In this document: positions 19,443-28,914 of the stretch, one piece after another
Numbering within the stretch: position 1 is the stretch's first letter
Layout: every line of letters starts with the position of its first letter
DNA from: Candidatus Eiseniibacteriota bacterium
GTDB taxonomy: Bacteria; Joyebacterota; Joyebacteria; Joyebacterales; Joyebacteraceae
Assembly (NCBI GenBank): GCA_030613615.1
Contig: JAUWLR010000003.1
Span: forward strand, 1-52,349
Direction: 5' to 3'
Length of the DNA stretch: 52,349 bases
Notes under the pieces: model-generated
What the model was told of the DNA's origin: nothing
What the model saw: the letters and a program-made list of their open reading frames with translations, nothing else
Database searches by the model: none
Made by a program: the position numbers and the translations under genes

Positions 19443-19868
19443 CTAGTCATCCGACCCGGTGACCCGCCGCCTCTGCTTCTTGGCCCTGCTCTTGCGCCGC
19501 TTCGTATCGAGGCGCCTCTCCTTCGAGGCACGCGTCGGCTTCGTACGCTTCCTCGGCTTCGGCCTCACGGCCGCCCGCCGGATGAGCTCCACCAGCCTCT
19601 CGCGCGCGTCCTGCCGGTTCTTGAGCTGCGTCCGGAACTGCCTGGCGTCGAGGACGATCTCGCCGCTGTCCGTCATGCGCTTCCCCGCAAGGCGGATGAG
19701 GCGTTCGCGGACGTCGTCAGGAAGCGAGGGCGAGTTCGCGACGTCGAACCTGAGCTGGACGGCCGTCGAGACCTTGTTGACGTTCTGGCCGCCCGGCCCG
19801 GAGGCGCGAACGAACACCTCCCGTATCTCGTCCTCGTTTATGGAGATGCTGCGCGTTATCCGGATCAC
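19443..19868 (-). CDS. arfB: Alternative ribosome rescue peptidyl-tRNA hydrolase ArfB
   Basis: RASGPGGQNVNKVSTAV, RTQLKN, basic tail RKRTKPTRASKERRL. Confidence 0.95.
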   Translation of the reverse strand: MIRITRSISINEDEIREVFVRASGPGGQNVNKVSTAVQLRFDVANSPSLPDDVRERLIRLAGKRMTDSGEIVLDARQFRTQLKNRQDARERLVELIRRAAVRPKPRKRTKPTRASKERRLDTKRRKSRAKKQRRRVTGSDD

Positions 19869-19897
19869 GTGTCTACCCGTGCGTGCTCGTCACGCCC

Positions 19898-20470
19898 CTA
19901 CCCGTGCATCTTCTTGAGAAGCCAGGCCATGTTCTCACCCAGCACCTTCATCGTCTCGACGCCCTCGTCGTCCTCCTCGACTTCCCCCTTCTCGCGGCCT
20001 ATCCCTAAGTTCCAGTAGATAGAACCCGGCACGACCATCTGACCAATGAGGAAGAAGTGGTTCATCGAATCGAACGCGTGGATGCTCCCCGCCCGCCGGA
20101 CGGCGACGACGGCGGCGCCGACCTTGCGCCTGAACATGTGCCCGTTCACTCGCGCGACCAGCCCCGCCCGGTCGATGAGCGCCTTCATCTCGGACGTGAC
20201 ATCAGCGAAGTAAGTGGGCGACGCCAGGATGATGCCGTCCGAGTCCATCATCTTCTCGATGCACTCGTTCGCCACGTCGTCGACCGCGCAGCGCCCGTCC
20301 TTGTTCTTGACGCACCCGAAACAGGCCGCGCATCCACGGATCTTCCTGCCCCCCAGCTGGTAGAGCTCCGTCTCGATGCCCTCCTGCTCGAGTGCGCTGA
20401 ACACGTGGCGAATCAGGTGTGCGGTGTTGCCGTCCATCCTGGGACTGCCGTTGAACGCCGTGACCTTCAC
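19898..20470 (-). CDS. Flavodoxin family / iron-sulfur flavoprotein
   Basis: NGSPRMDGNT, CxxCxxC..C (GCAACFGCVKNKDGRC), ASPTYF. Confidence 0.92.
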   Translation of the reverse strand: MKVTAFNGSPRMDGNTAHLIRHVFSALEQEGIETELYQLGGRKIRGCAACFGCVKNKDGRCAVDDVANECIEKMMDSDGIILASPTYFADVTSEMKALIDRAGLVARVNGHMFRRKVGAAVVAVRRAGSIHAFDSMNHFFLIGQMVVPGSIYWNLGIGREKGEVEEDDEGVETMKVLGENMAWLLKKMHG

Positions 20471-20543
20471 GCGATTCCCCCCTGTGTCTGTGCCTGCCGG
20501 CTCGTGTCACCGCCCGTATCCGACCGCAGACCGCGGCCGCGCG

Positions 20544-21134
20544 TCAGATCCTTCGCGCCAGAAGCACTCCTTCCCCCACCGGCGTGACCATCGTGTCCAT
20601 CCGCTCGTCGCTCTCCGCGCGGTCCAGGAACCCGGACAGGTCCCCCGCGTGGCTGATGACGTTGTCGGCCACCAGGAGCCCGCCGCTCACCATCTTGGGG
20701 ATCACTGCCTCGTAGCACTCCTCGTAGAAGTGCTTCTCCACATCGAGGAAGCAGAACGCGATGTCGCTCTGCCCGCCGAGCTCCTCCCTGGCATCTCCGG
20801 AAACGATGCTGACTATGTCGTCCACGCCCGCCTTCCGGAACGTCTCCGTCGCGAGCGCCACCTTCTCCTCTGCGATCTCGAAGGTCGTGAGCCCGCGCCC
20901 GAGCGCGCGGCAGGCCAGGGATATCCAGAGCGCGGAGTAGCCACCGCTCGTGCCTATGTCGATGAGCTCGCCTTCAGGGGCGGTCGCCGCGATGAGTGCC
21001 AGAAAGCGGCCCGTCCCCGAGGGAATCTGTCTCAGTCGATCGAAGTGCGCCATGGCCCCGCGCCTTTCGATCGAGTCCATCTGTTCAAGCTCGCGCATGC
21101 AAGCCAGCACCTCGCCAGGGATCTGGTGAAACAC
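20544..21134 (-). CDS. O-methyltransferase
   Basis: IDIGTSGGYSALW, GDA, FLDVEK, GGLLVADNV. Confidence 0.9.
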   Translation of the reverse strand: MFHQIPGEVLACMRELEQMDSIERRGAMAHFDRLRQIPSGTGRFLALIAATAPEGELIDIGTSGGYSALWISLACRALGRGLTTFEIAEEKVALATETFRKAGVDDIVSIVSGDAREELGGQSDIAFCFLDVEKHFYEECYEAVIPKMVSGGLLVADNVISHAGDLSGFLDRAESDERMDTMVTPVGEGVLLARRI

Positions 21135-21199
21135 GTGTGTCCTCCCGTCGAGTCAGCACAGTGAAGTCGCGACCAGCATGTCCGGAGTATACACGAACA

Positions 21200-21892
21200 T
21201 CACTGCTTTGCGGCCTTGCGGCGCAGCTTCTCCTGCACCTTCTCTCCTCTAAGCTCCTTCAGCGCGTCCGCCGCGATCCACCGCGCGGCCTTCGAGTCCA
21301 GCGTCGCGATTCTTTCGGCGGTGTCGATGGCCTTCCGGTTCAGAGTCAGGTTCCGCTTCCCTATCTGCCTCAGAGCCCAGTTGACCGCCTTCTTCACGAA
21401 GTTGCGCTCGTCCGTGGCGCCTCCGCGAATCACCGTGAGGTACCGTGCGAAGCGCGAGTCAGGCGCCTTCTTGTCGTGTACGGCCAGCACGGCCATCATT
21501 GCGAAGCCCGCCCGTCTGACAAACTCCTCTTCGCGCGCGGTCCATTCCTGTGCCTTGGCGTGCGCGAGCTCGGTCTTCCTGAAGAGGTTGTTGCAGCACT
21601 GGTCACAGATGCCCCACGAGTCGAAGTCGCGCACCCAGCGCTTCATCTGCTTCTCCGTGACGCACGCGGGTTCGTCCACCAGCGGGGCGATAATGCGCGC
21701 CTCGTGGCAGCCGGACTTCCAGAGTTCGGCCGCGAGTCCGTGGTCCCTCCCCGCCTCTTTCGCGATCGATCTGAGCATCGGCACCGGAACGCCGAACGTG
21801 TTCTCCGGGTTGATGCCGAACCTGGCCATGCCCTCGACGTTCTTCGGGTTCGCGAGCTTTCTCAGGCGGGCGAGTATCTGTTCACTTGTCAC
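21200..21892 (-). CDS. DNA alkylation repair protein (AlkD-like HEAT repeat)
   Basis: GMARFGI, FDSWGICD, DERNFVKKAVNWALRQIGKR; GTG 21892. Confidence 0.9.
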   Translation of the reverse strand: MTSEQILARLRKLANPKNVEGMARFGINPENTFGVPVPMLRSIAKEAGRDHGLAAELWKSGCHEARIIAPLVDEPACVTEKQMKRWVRDFDSWGICDQCCNNLFRKTELAHAKAQEWTAREEEFVRRAGFAMMAVLAVHDKKAPDSRFARYLTVIRGGATDERNFVKKAVNWALRQIGKRNLTLNRKAIDTAERIATLDSKAARWIAADALKELRGEKVQEKLRRKAAKQ

Positions 21893-22017
21893 GCCCGGTC
21901 GCTCCTGCTCTGAGTGAGTGCGCTGCGGTCGATGCTGAGCGAAGGCGACTCTCCGCGAGAGCCGCTCACGCGAGATTAGCACATCTGGACCCGGCGGCCA
22001 CGGGGGACGGTCGCTCC

Positions 22018-22047
22018 TTGCCACAGCACGGGGACGTGTGGTATAAT
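22018..22047 (+). promoter_or_regulatory. Sigma70 promoter with extended -10 for the first C1 peptidase
   Basis: TTGCCA-N18-TATAAT, with TGn before the -10. Confidence 0.75.
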
Positions 22048-22094
22048 TGGTGGAGAAGTCTATTGGACCTGCCTACTTGAGGAAGGGGACCGCA

Positions 22095-24560
22095 ATGCTC
22101 CCGCGCAAGCCGCTCCTGAGTCTGTCTCTCGTACTTCTGATCCTCTCGATCGCTTCTCTGTCCGTCGCCCAGCTTCCCTCCTCGTTCGACCTGAGGGACG
22201 TGGGTGGTGAGGACTTCGTCACCTCGGTCAAGTCGCAGACCGGAGGGACGTGCTGGACCTTCGGCGCAATGGCCGCCATGGAGGGCAACCTCCTGATGAC
22301 CGGGGCCTGGGCCGGAAACGGCGAGACGGGCGAGCCGAACCTCGCCGAGTACCATCTGGACTGGTGGAACGGCTTCAACGAGCACAACAACGACGACAGG
22401 ATCCCGCCCGCAGGCGGCGGACTCGTGGTTCACCAGGGCGGCGACTACCGGGTGACGTCCGCGTACACCACCCGCAGCGAGGGAGCGGTGAGGGACGTGG
22501 ACGGGCAGTCCTACACGACGCCTCCCGCCAGGTCCGCCTCGAGCTTCCACTACTACTATGCGCGGGACATCGAGTGGTACGACGCGGGCGCCGATCTCTC
22601 CAACATCGACGTCCTCAAGGAAGCCGTCATGAACCACGGCGTGATGGGAACCGCGCTCTGCTACGACGGCTCCTTCATGTCCAACTACATACACTACCAG
22701 CCACCGTCGAGTCCTCTCGAGCCCAACCACGCCGTGGCCATCGTAGGCTGGGACAACGACAAGGCCACGCAGGCGCCGAACCCGGGCGCCTGGCTCTGCA
22801 AGAACAGCTGGGGAGACGGTTGGGGCCTCGACGGGTACTTCTGGATCTCATACTACGACAAGTGCGCGGGGCACCATCCGCAGATGGGCGCGGTGTCGTT
22901 CCAGAACGTGGAGCCCATGCAGTATGACCGTGTCTACTCGCACGATTACCACGGATGGCGTGACACGAAGACCGACGCGAGCGAGGCCTTCAATACGTTC
23001 ACGGACGCGGGAGACGAGCTGCTGACGAGCGTCAGCTTCTTCACCGCGGCGGACGACGTCGTCTACACGGTCGTCGTCTACGACGAGTTCACGAGCGGGG
23101 CGCTCTCGGGGCTGCTGGCGACCAAATCCGGTACGCTCACGCACGGCGGTTTCCACACGGTGGACCTGGACGCTCCGGTTCCACTCTCGCCCGGCGACGA
23201 TTTCTGCGTCTACGTCGAACTCTCTCAGGGCGGTCATGCGTTCGACAGGACCTCTGACGTTCCGGTCCTGCTGGGTGCGAGATACCGCGTCATCGTGGAG
23301 TCAGCGGCGCGCGCCGGCGAGAGCTACTTCTGGAGCGGGGTCTCGTGGGTCGACCTGACGACCGAAGACGAGACCGCGAACTTCTGCATCAAGGCTCTGA
23401 CGAAGAACGTGGGGCTGAACGTCTCCCCGGACGAGGGCCTGCGAGCCGACGGACCTGTCGGCGGACCGTTCTCACCAGGCAGCGCATCCTACACCTTCGA
23501 GTACCGCGGCGCGTCGGCGATCGACTACGAGGTGACGGTCGACCCGTGGATCGACTGGCTGACGCTCTCGGGCGACACCGGTGGGACGCTCCCGCCCGAC
23601 ACGCCCGCTTCTGTTCTCGTCGAGTTCAATGTCAACGCGGCGTCCCTGCCCGAGGGAACACACTCCGCGACCGTCTACTTCACGAACCTGACGGACCACA
23701 CCGGCGACACGACGCGCGAGGTGTCGCTGTCGATCGGTGACGCGAGCAAGCGCTACGAGTGGACGCTCGACACCGACCCGGGGTGGACCTGCGACGGCGA
23801 ATGGGAGCACGGGCAGCCGACCGGTGGAGGCGGCCAGTACGGGTACCCGGATCCCACGAGCGGACACACGGGCGTCAACGTCTACGGCTACAACCTCAAC
23901 GGCGACTACCCGAACAGCATGACCGAGGAGATGCACCTGACGAGCGGGGCGATCGACTGCTCCGACCTGGGCGCTGTCAGTCTGAGGTTCTGGCGCGGGC
24001 TCGGCGTGGAAAGCCCGGACTACGACCACGCATACGTGCGCGTCAGCAACGACGGCGCGGACTGGGTGACCGTATGGGAGAACACAGAGGAGATCACCGA
24101 CAACAGCTGGACACAGATGGAGCTCGACATCTCCGCTGTCGCGGACGGAGAGGAGACGGTGTATCTGCGCTGGACCATGGGCGAGACTGACCCCGGATGG
24201 AGATACTGCGGCTGGAACATCGACGACATCGAGATCTGGGGCCTCGATCTGATCCTGACCGGTGTCGATGACGAGCACGTCTTCGCGGCGAGGCTGGATC
24301 CGGCCAGGCCGAACCCCTTCAACCCGGTGACGACCATCGCGTTCGCGCTGCCCGAGGCAGGGCCCGCGAGACTCGCGGTCTACGACGTGAGCGGACGGCT
24401 GGTTGCTGTGCTCGCGGAGGGTGTGCACGAAGCCGGTGAGCACGAGGCCGTGTGGAACGGCAGGGACACGGCGGGCAGACAGCTCGGTTCCGGTGTCTAC
24501 TTCGTCCGCCTCGAGACCGCGGGCTCCGTGTCGACCAGGAAGATGGTCATGGTCAAGTAG
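22095..24560 (+). CDS. Secreted papain-like C1 cysteine peptidase with lectin-like, BACON-like and beta-sandwich domains and a FlgD-Ig/T9SS-like C-terminal domain
   Basis: Signal peptide, QTGGTCW (catalytic Cys), PNHAV (His), KNSWG (Asn); C-terminal PNPFNP...VYDVSGR...GVYFVRL...KMVMVK. Confidence 0.9.
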   Translation: MLPRKPLLSLSLVLLILSIASLSVAQLPSSFDLRDVGGEDFVTSVKSQTGGTCWTFGAMAAMEGNLLMTGAWAGNGETGEPNLAEYHLDWWNGFNEHNNDDRIPPAGGGLVVHQGGDYRVTSAYTTRSEGAVRDVDGQSYTTPPARSASSFHYYYARDIEWYDAGADLSNIDVLKEAVMNHGVMGTALCYDGSFMSNYIHYQPPSSPLEPNHAVAIVGWDNDKATQAPNPGAWLCKNSWGDGWGLDGYFWISYYDKCAGHHPQMGAVSFQNVEPMQYDRVYSHDYHGWRDTKTDASEAFNTFTDAGDELLTSVSFFTAADDVVYTVVVYDEFTSGALSGLLATKSGTLTHGGFHTVDLDAPVPLSPGDDFCVYVELSQGGHAFDRTSDVPVLLGARYRVIVESAARAGESYFWSGVSWVDLTTEDETANFCIKALTKNVGLNVSPDEGLRADGPVGGPFSPGSASYTFEYRGASAIDYEVTVDPWIDWLTLSGDTGGTLPPDTPASVLVEFNVNAASLPEGTHSATVYFTNLTDHTGDTTREVSLSIGDASKRYEWTLDTDPGWTCDGEWEHGQPTGGGGQYGYPDPTSGHTGVNVYGYNLNGDYPNSMTEEMHLTSGAIDCSDLGAVSLRFWRGLGVESPDYDHAYVRVSNDGADWVTVWENTEEITDNSWTQMELDISAVADGEETVYLRWTMGETDPGWRYCGWNIDDIEIWGLDLILTGVDDEHVFAARLDPARPNPFNPVTTIAFALPEAGPARLAVYDVSGRLVAVLAEGVHEAGEHEAVWNGRDTAGRQLGSGVYFVRLETAGSVSTRKMVMVK

Positions 24561-24618
24561 CACCGCCACGACCGCGCCTGATGAAGGCGGAACAGCGGCA
24601 GGGAACGAGAACCGGACA

Positions 24619-24652
24619 GGAGGGGCGGGACCCGCCGTGGGATCCGCCCCTC
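24619..24652 (+). terminator. GC-rich hairpin downstream of the first C1 peptidase
   Basis: gaggggcgg...ccgcccctc stem; weak U-tract. Confidence 0.45.
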
Positions 24653-24662
24653 AGTTCATCCG

Positions 24663-24758
24663 CGACGCCGTTCCGCTTGCCGCCGCATCCGGGCCGACGC
24701 CGTTCCGCTTGCCGATGCGTCCAAGCCGACGCCGTTCCGCTTGCCGATGCGTCCAGGG
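24663..24758. repeat. 3 x 32-bp intergenic tandem repeat
   Basis: cgacgccgttccgcttgccg(at/cc)gc.tcc... at 24663, 24695 and 24727. Confidence 0.9.
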
Positions 24759-24895
24759 TGTAGTAGATTGTACGTAACCGGACTCACATGTGAACGCCCT
24801 CCAGGCGGCCCTGCTGCTCGACCCTGCGGGGCCGAATTCGAGTCCGCGGGCCACGAGTATCCGCGTGTCTTCGCCACCCATCATGAGGATTCCAG

Positions 24896-27388
24896 ATGAG
24901 ACACAGGCGTCAGGCGCTCAGAATCACCGCACAGGCGGCGCTCGCCGCGGCTCTGGCCGTGGCCGCGGTGTGGGCAGCCGCCGGGAACGCTTCGGCTCAG
25001 CTGCCGAGCTCGTTCAACCTCAGGAACGTCGGCGGCGAGAATTACGTCACCAGCGTCAAGGAGCAGACCGGGGGCACCTGCTGGACGCATGCGGCCATGG
25101 CCGCGATAGAGAGCAATCTCCTGATGACGGGGGCCTGGGAGGAGAACGGTGAGGACGGAGAACCCGACCTCGCCGAGTACCACCTCGACTGGTGGAACGG
25201 GTTCAACCTCGAGTTCAACGAGGACGAGGCCAATCCCGAGAACCCCTCGGACGGCGTCGAGGTCCACGCCGGAGGCGACTACCTCATGACGTCCGCGTAC
25301 ACCTCCCGGGGCGACGGCGCGGTCCGGAACTCAGACGGGCAGGAGTACAACTACCCGCCGGACAGAAGCTCGCCCGACTACCACGTCTACTACGCTCGCG
25401 ACATCGTCTGGCTGACCGCCGGCGAAGACCTCTCGAGCATCGACGTCGTCAAGCAGGCCGTGATGGACCACGGGATCGTCGCGACATGCCTTCACTCCGA
25501 TGAGATGTTCATGGAGTCCTTCACACACTACCAGCCGCCCGACTCGTCGCTGGAGCCCAACCACGCGGTCTCCATCGTGGGTTGGGACGACGGCAGGCCC
25601 ACTCAGGCGCCGCACCTGGGCGCGTGGCTCGTCAAGAACAGCTGGGGGGACGACTGGGGAAACCAAGGCTACTTCTGGATCTCATACTACGACAAGCACG
25701 CGTGCAAGCAGCCGGAGATGGGCGCCGTTTCGTTCCAGAACGTAGAGCTTCAGGACTACGGCCACATCTACCACCACGATTACCACGGATGGCGCGACAC
25801 GATGGATGACGTCGACGAGGCGTTCAACGCCTTCACGATGACCGGCGACGAGATGGTCAGAGCTGTGAGTTTCTACGTGGCGGCCGACAGCGTGGACTAC
25901 ACGGTCAGGCTCTTCGACACGTTCGAGGAAGGGGTGCTCGCAGACGAGCTTGCGTCTACGTTCGGGACGTTCGAGCGGAAGGGGTTCCACACAGTGGACC
26001 TGGGCGTGCCGGTCGCGTTCTCGGCGGGCGATGACTTTCACGTTTACCTCCAGCTGTCACGCGGCGGGCACCCTTACGACACGACCAGCGAGGTCAACGT
26101 ACTCCTGGGTGCCAGCTATCGCGCGATCGTCCAGTCGTCGGCGAGCCCCGGCGAGAGCTACTACCGCGAGGACGACGCCTGGGTCGACCTCACGGACTAC
26201 GACGCCGCGGCCAACTTCTGCATCAAGGCCCTGACCGATGACCTCTCGTTCCTTATCGACCCACTCGGAGGCATCCAATCACAGGGTCCCGCGGGCGGTC
26301 CGTTCTCGCCCGACAGCGTGCGCTACGAGTTCGTGTACCACGGCGCGGAGGCGGTAGCGTATGAGATTACCGTCGATCCTCCGGTCAGTTGGCTGACTCT
26401 CGTTGGGAACACGGAGGGCACGCTCGAGACAGACGTCCCGACAGAGGTCACGGTCGTGGTGAACGCAGACGCGGCCGAGTTGGAGCCGGGCGTGCACAGG
26501 GCGCGGGTCGTCTTCGAGATCGGGTCGGAGTACCTGGGCGACGTGTTCCGGGAAGTCACGCTCTCCGTCGGCGACCGGGTCCCCCGCTACCAGTGGATGT
26601 TCGACGAAGACCCCGGCTGGACCTGCGAGGGGCTGTGGGGGTTCGGCCAGCCCACCGGCGGCGGTGGACAGAACGGAGCGCCGGATCCGACGAGCGGGCA
26701 CACGGGCGACTACGTCTGCGGATACAACTTGAACGGTGACTACCCGAACGGGATGTCCGAGGAGCACCTCACGACCGGTCCCATCGACTGCTCCGAATTC
26801 GTGCTGACGCGGTTGAGCTTCTGGCGATGGCTGGGCGTGGAGGTACCGCGTTTCGACGAGGCCCGGGTCAGCATCAGCACGGACGGCGAGTACTGGACGA
26901 CGGTGTGGGCGAACGAGTACGAGGTGACGGACCACGAGTGGACCTTGGTCGAACTAGATGTCTCCGGCGTCGCGGACGGCCAAGAGACGGTCTACCTCCG
27001 CTGGACGATGGGCGAGACGGACCTCACGGATCACTACTGCGGGTGGAACATCGACGACGTCGAGATACTCGCATACGACCTCGTTCCGCCCGACATCGAG
27101 GAGCCCGTGACCGAGCTCAAGTTGAGCCCGGCGCGGCCGAACCCATTCTGCAACGAGACGACCATCGCGTTCCTGCTGCCGGCAGAGGGCGCGGCGACCG
27201 TGTCCGTCTACGACGTGGCGGGACGTCTGCTCAGAACCCTTTCGGTGGAGCGCTACGGCGCCGGCCTGAACGAGAGGGTGTGGGACGGGACCGACGCCGA
27301 CGGCAACGAAGTCGCGTCCGGCGTCTACTTCGTGCGGGTCACGGCTGGTGGCGAGTCTGCGACCGGGAAGGTCGTGCTCGTGAGGTAG
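24896..27388 (+). CDS. Second secreted C1 cysteine peptidase, tandem paralog with the same architecture
   Basis: QTGGTCW, PNHAV, KNSWG, AEYHLDWWNGFN shared with 22095..24560; FlgD-Ig C-terminus ending GKVVLVR. Confidence 0.9.
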   Translation: MRHRRQALRITAQAALAAALAVAAVWAAAGNASAQLPSSFNLRNVGGENYVTSVKEQTGGTCWTHAAMAAIESNLLMTGAWEENGEDGEPDLAEYHLDWWNGFNLEFNEDEANPENPSDGVEVHAGGDYLMTSAYTSRGDGAVRNSDGQEYNYPPDRSSPDYHVYYARDIVWLTAGEDLSSIDVVKQAVMDHGIVATCLHSDEMFMESFTHYQPPDSSLEPNHAVSIVGWDDGRPTQAPHLGAWLVKNSWGDDWGNQGYFWISYYDKHACKQPEMGAVSFQNVELQDYGHIYHHDYHGWRDTMDDVDEAFNAFTMTGDEMVRAVSFYVAADSVDYTVRLFDTFEEGVLADELASTFGTFERKGFHTVDLGVPVAFSAGDDFHVYLQLSRGGHPYDTTSEVNVLLGASYRAIVQSSASPGESYYREDDAWVDLTDYDAAANFCIKALTDDLSFLIDPLGGIQSQGPAGGPFSPDSVRYEFVYHGAEAVAYEITVDPPVSWLTLVGNTEGTLETDVPTEVTVVVNADAAELEPGVHRARVVFEIGSEYLGDVFREVTLSVGDRVPRYQWMFDEDPGWTCEGLWGFGQPTGGGGQNGAPDPTSGHTGDYVCGYNLNGDYPNGMSEEHLTTGPIDCSEFVLTRLSFWRWLGVEVPRFDEARVSISTDGEYWTTVWANEYEVTDHEWTLVELDVSGVADGQETVYLRWTMGETDLTDHYCGWNIDDVEILAYDLVPPDIEEPVTELKLSPARPNPFCNETTIAFLLPAEGAATVSVYDVAGRLLRTLSVERYGAGLNERVWDGTDADGNEVASGVYFVRVTAGGESATGKVVLVR

Positions 27389-27417
27389 CCGTCGCGCTGC
27401 AGAGTCGACTGATGTAG

Positions 27418-27454
27418 AGAGGGGCCCGGATCTCGGTCCGGGCCCCTTTGCTTT
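27418..27454. terminator. Probable bidirectional intrinsic terminator between convergent genes
   Basis: AGAGGGGCCCGGA-tctcgg-TCCGGGCCCCTTTgcttt. Confidence 0.75.
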
Positions 27455-27480
27455 CACCGCGTGTCTCCGGGATCACTGCG

Positions 27481-28695
27481 TCACCGATACATGGCTTTGA
27501 TGCGTCCCCACCCCATCTCCTTGGCCGGGCTGCACGCGTGCCCCTCCATCCACACATCGTCGATCATGACACCCGCGGGACCGGCGAGGCTCGGTCCGCA
27601 GCCGTTCTCCGTCGTGTTCATTACCCAGAGGAAGCCGGCCGCCTCCACGAGGTCTCCCGGGCAGAACTGCCCGATATCGAAGCCCGTGTTGTAGGCTGTC
27701 GTGCACCACCCTGTCAGCCCCATGTCGCCCCAGTAGGAAGCGAGCCAGTAGTAGTTCACGCCGTCGCACGTGCCGGAATAGGCGCAGTAGTCGTTGTCGA
27801 CGGTGGGAATCGCGTAGTGGGCCGCGAAGTGGACCGTGCACGAGGCAGCGCACGGAAGATCCACGACGGGCGAGTAGAGCCCGTTGCAGAGATTCGGGGG
27901 AACCAGACCTGGCGGGACCGTGGCCGGGTCGCCGCACCACCAGCTGTGGGGATCGGAGAGCGCCGGGTTGGGGTCGTCCAACAGGTGCCAGTAGTCCCCA
28001 TAGCAAAGGGGCGGGTCCGGCATGCACAGGCCGCCGCTCTCGACGTCATCGTAGAAGTAGGTGTGTCCGCCGTAGTAGTCAAACACCTTGACGATGTCGC
28101 ACATGAAGGCGCCACCCACGGAGAGATACAGACCGTCCTGGTCGGACCACGCACCGTCCGAGATGAAGCGGAAGCGCGCGTTCACAGGATTGTCGTAGGA
28201 GGCGAGGACGTAGCCGTAGACGCCGATGTCAAGCCAGGGCTGCACCCCGTCGTAGCCGTAGTTCAGGTTCACGAAGACGCCGAGGCTCTCGGCCTGAACG
28301 TACGTGAAGTCATGCCCGACCTCTGAGTCGGTTCGAAAGGCGAACGTCAGGATCGGATAGAGCACGGTCGAAAGATCGAGCTCGGGAAGAAGCAGCCTGT
28401 CGTCCCAGTTGTTGCCGTAACCGCCGTCGGCGTCATAGTCGAAGGTCCCGCAGTACCAGGAGTGCGTGCCCTCGTAGGCCATGTAGGTATCTACGTGGAA
28501 GTGACCTGGCATGCAGGGGATGAAACTGACCGTCCTGTACTGACTGACATCACCCTCCATGTCGTCGAACCAGAACATGGTGTTGTACCGCCCCGGCTCC
28601 AGGAACTCCACGGCCGGCCTGGCCACCTCCAGCTTCGCGGCGGCCGTGCCCAGACACAGAACCAGGACAACCAATGTGATGGCGAGTTTTCTCAT
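27481..28695 (-). CDS. Secreted Cys-rich beta-sandwich protein with C-terminal WGxIKxxY motif
   Basis: ATG 28695 after GAGGAGG; signal peptide; two repeats of (W/Y)xDDxE.G...HSW(Y/W)CG; ends SPAKEMGWGRIKAMYR. Confidence 0.82.
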   Translation of the reverse strand: MRKLAITLVVLVLCLGTAAAKLEVARPAVEFLEPGRYNTMFWFDDMEGDVSQYRTVSFIPCMPGHFHVDTYMAYEGTHSWYCGTFDYDADGGYGNNWDDRLLLPELDLSTVLYPILTFAFRTDSEVGHDFTYVQAESLGVFVNLNYGYDGVQPWLDIGVYGYVLASYDNPVNARFRFISDGAWSDQDGLYLSVGGAFMCDIVKVFDYYGGHTYFYDDVESGGLCMPDPPLCYGDYWHLLDDPNPALSDPHSWWCGDPATVPPGLVPPNLCNGLYSPVVDLPCAASCTVHFAAHYAIPTVDNDYCAYSGTCDGVNYYWLASYWGDMGLTGWCTTAYNTGFDIGQFCPGDLVEAAGFLWVMNTTENGCGPSLAGPAGVMIDDVWMEGHACSPAKEMGWGRIKAMYR

Positions 28696-28763
28696 CGGTC
28701 CCTCCTCTCCCGACACGTGGGATCGTGCCAGCTGCCGACCGCCAGCTTGAGGGGGCACTGCTA

Positions 28764-28792
28764 ACGCTAGCACTCTTCAGACGTTGCGTCAA
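28764..28792 (-). promoter_or_regulatory. Sigma70-like promoter
   Basis: TTGACG-N17-TAGCGT with TG extension, upstream of 28695. Confidence 0.55.
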
Positions 28793-28914
28793 CCATGAAC
28801 ACGCCGACACACCATGTCCCGTGTACCACGTTCTGTGGGCGCCCCCGGGCAATCCGGCGCCTGACGTCCGGGGAGCGCGGGAGGCATGCCGCCAGTCGCG
28901 CGCTGCGGCATCAA

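Noticed and set aside
24663-24758. CRISPR array
   Set aside because: The repeats are contiguous with near-identical 12-bp linkers, there are no unique spacers, and there are no cas genes. The same applies to 11679-11757.
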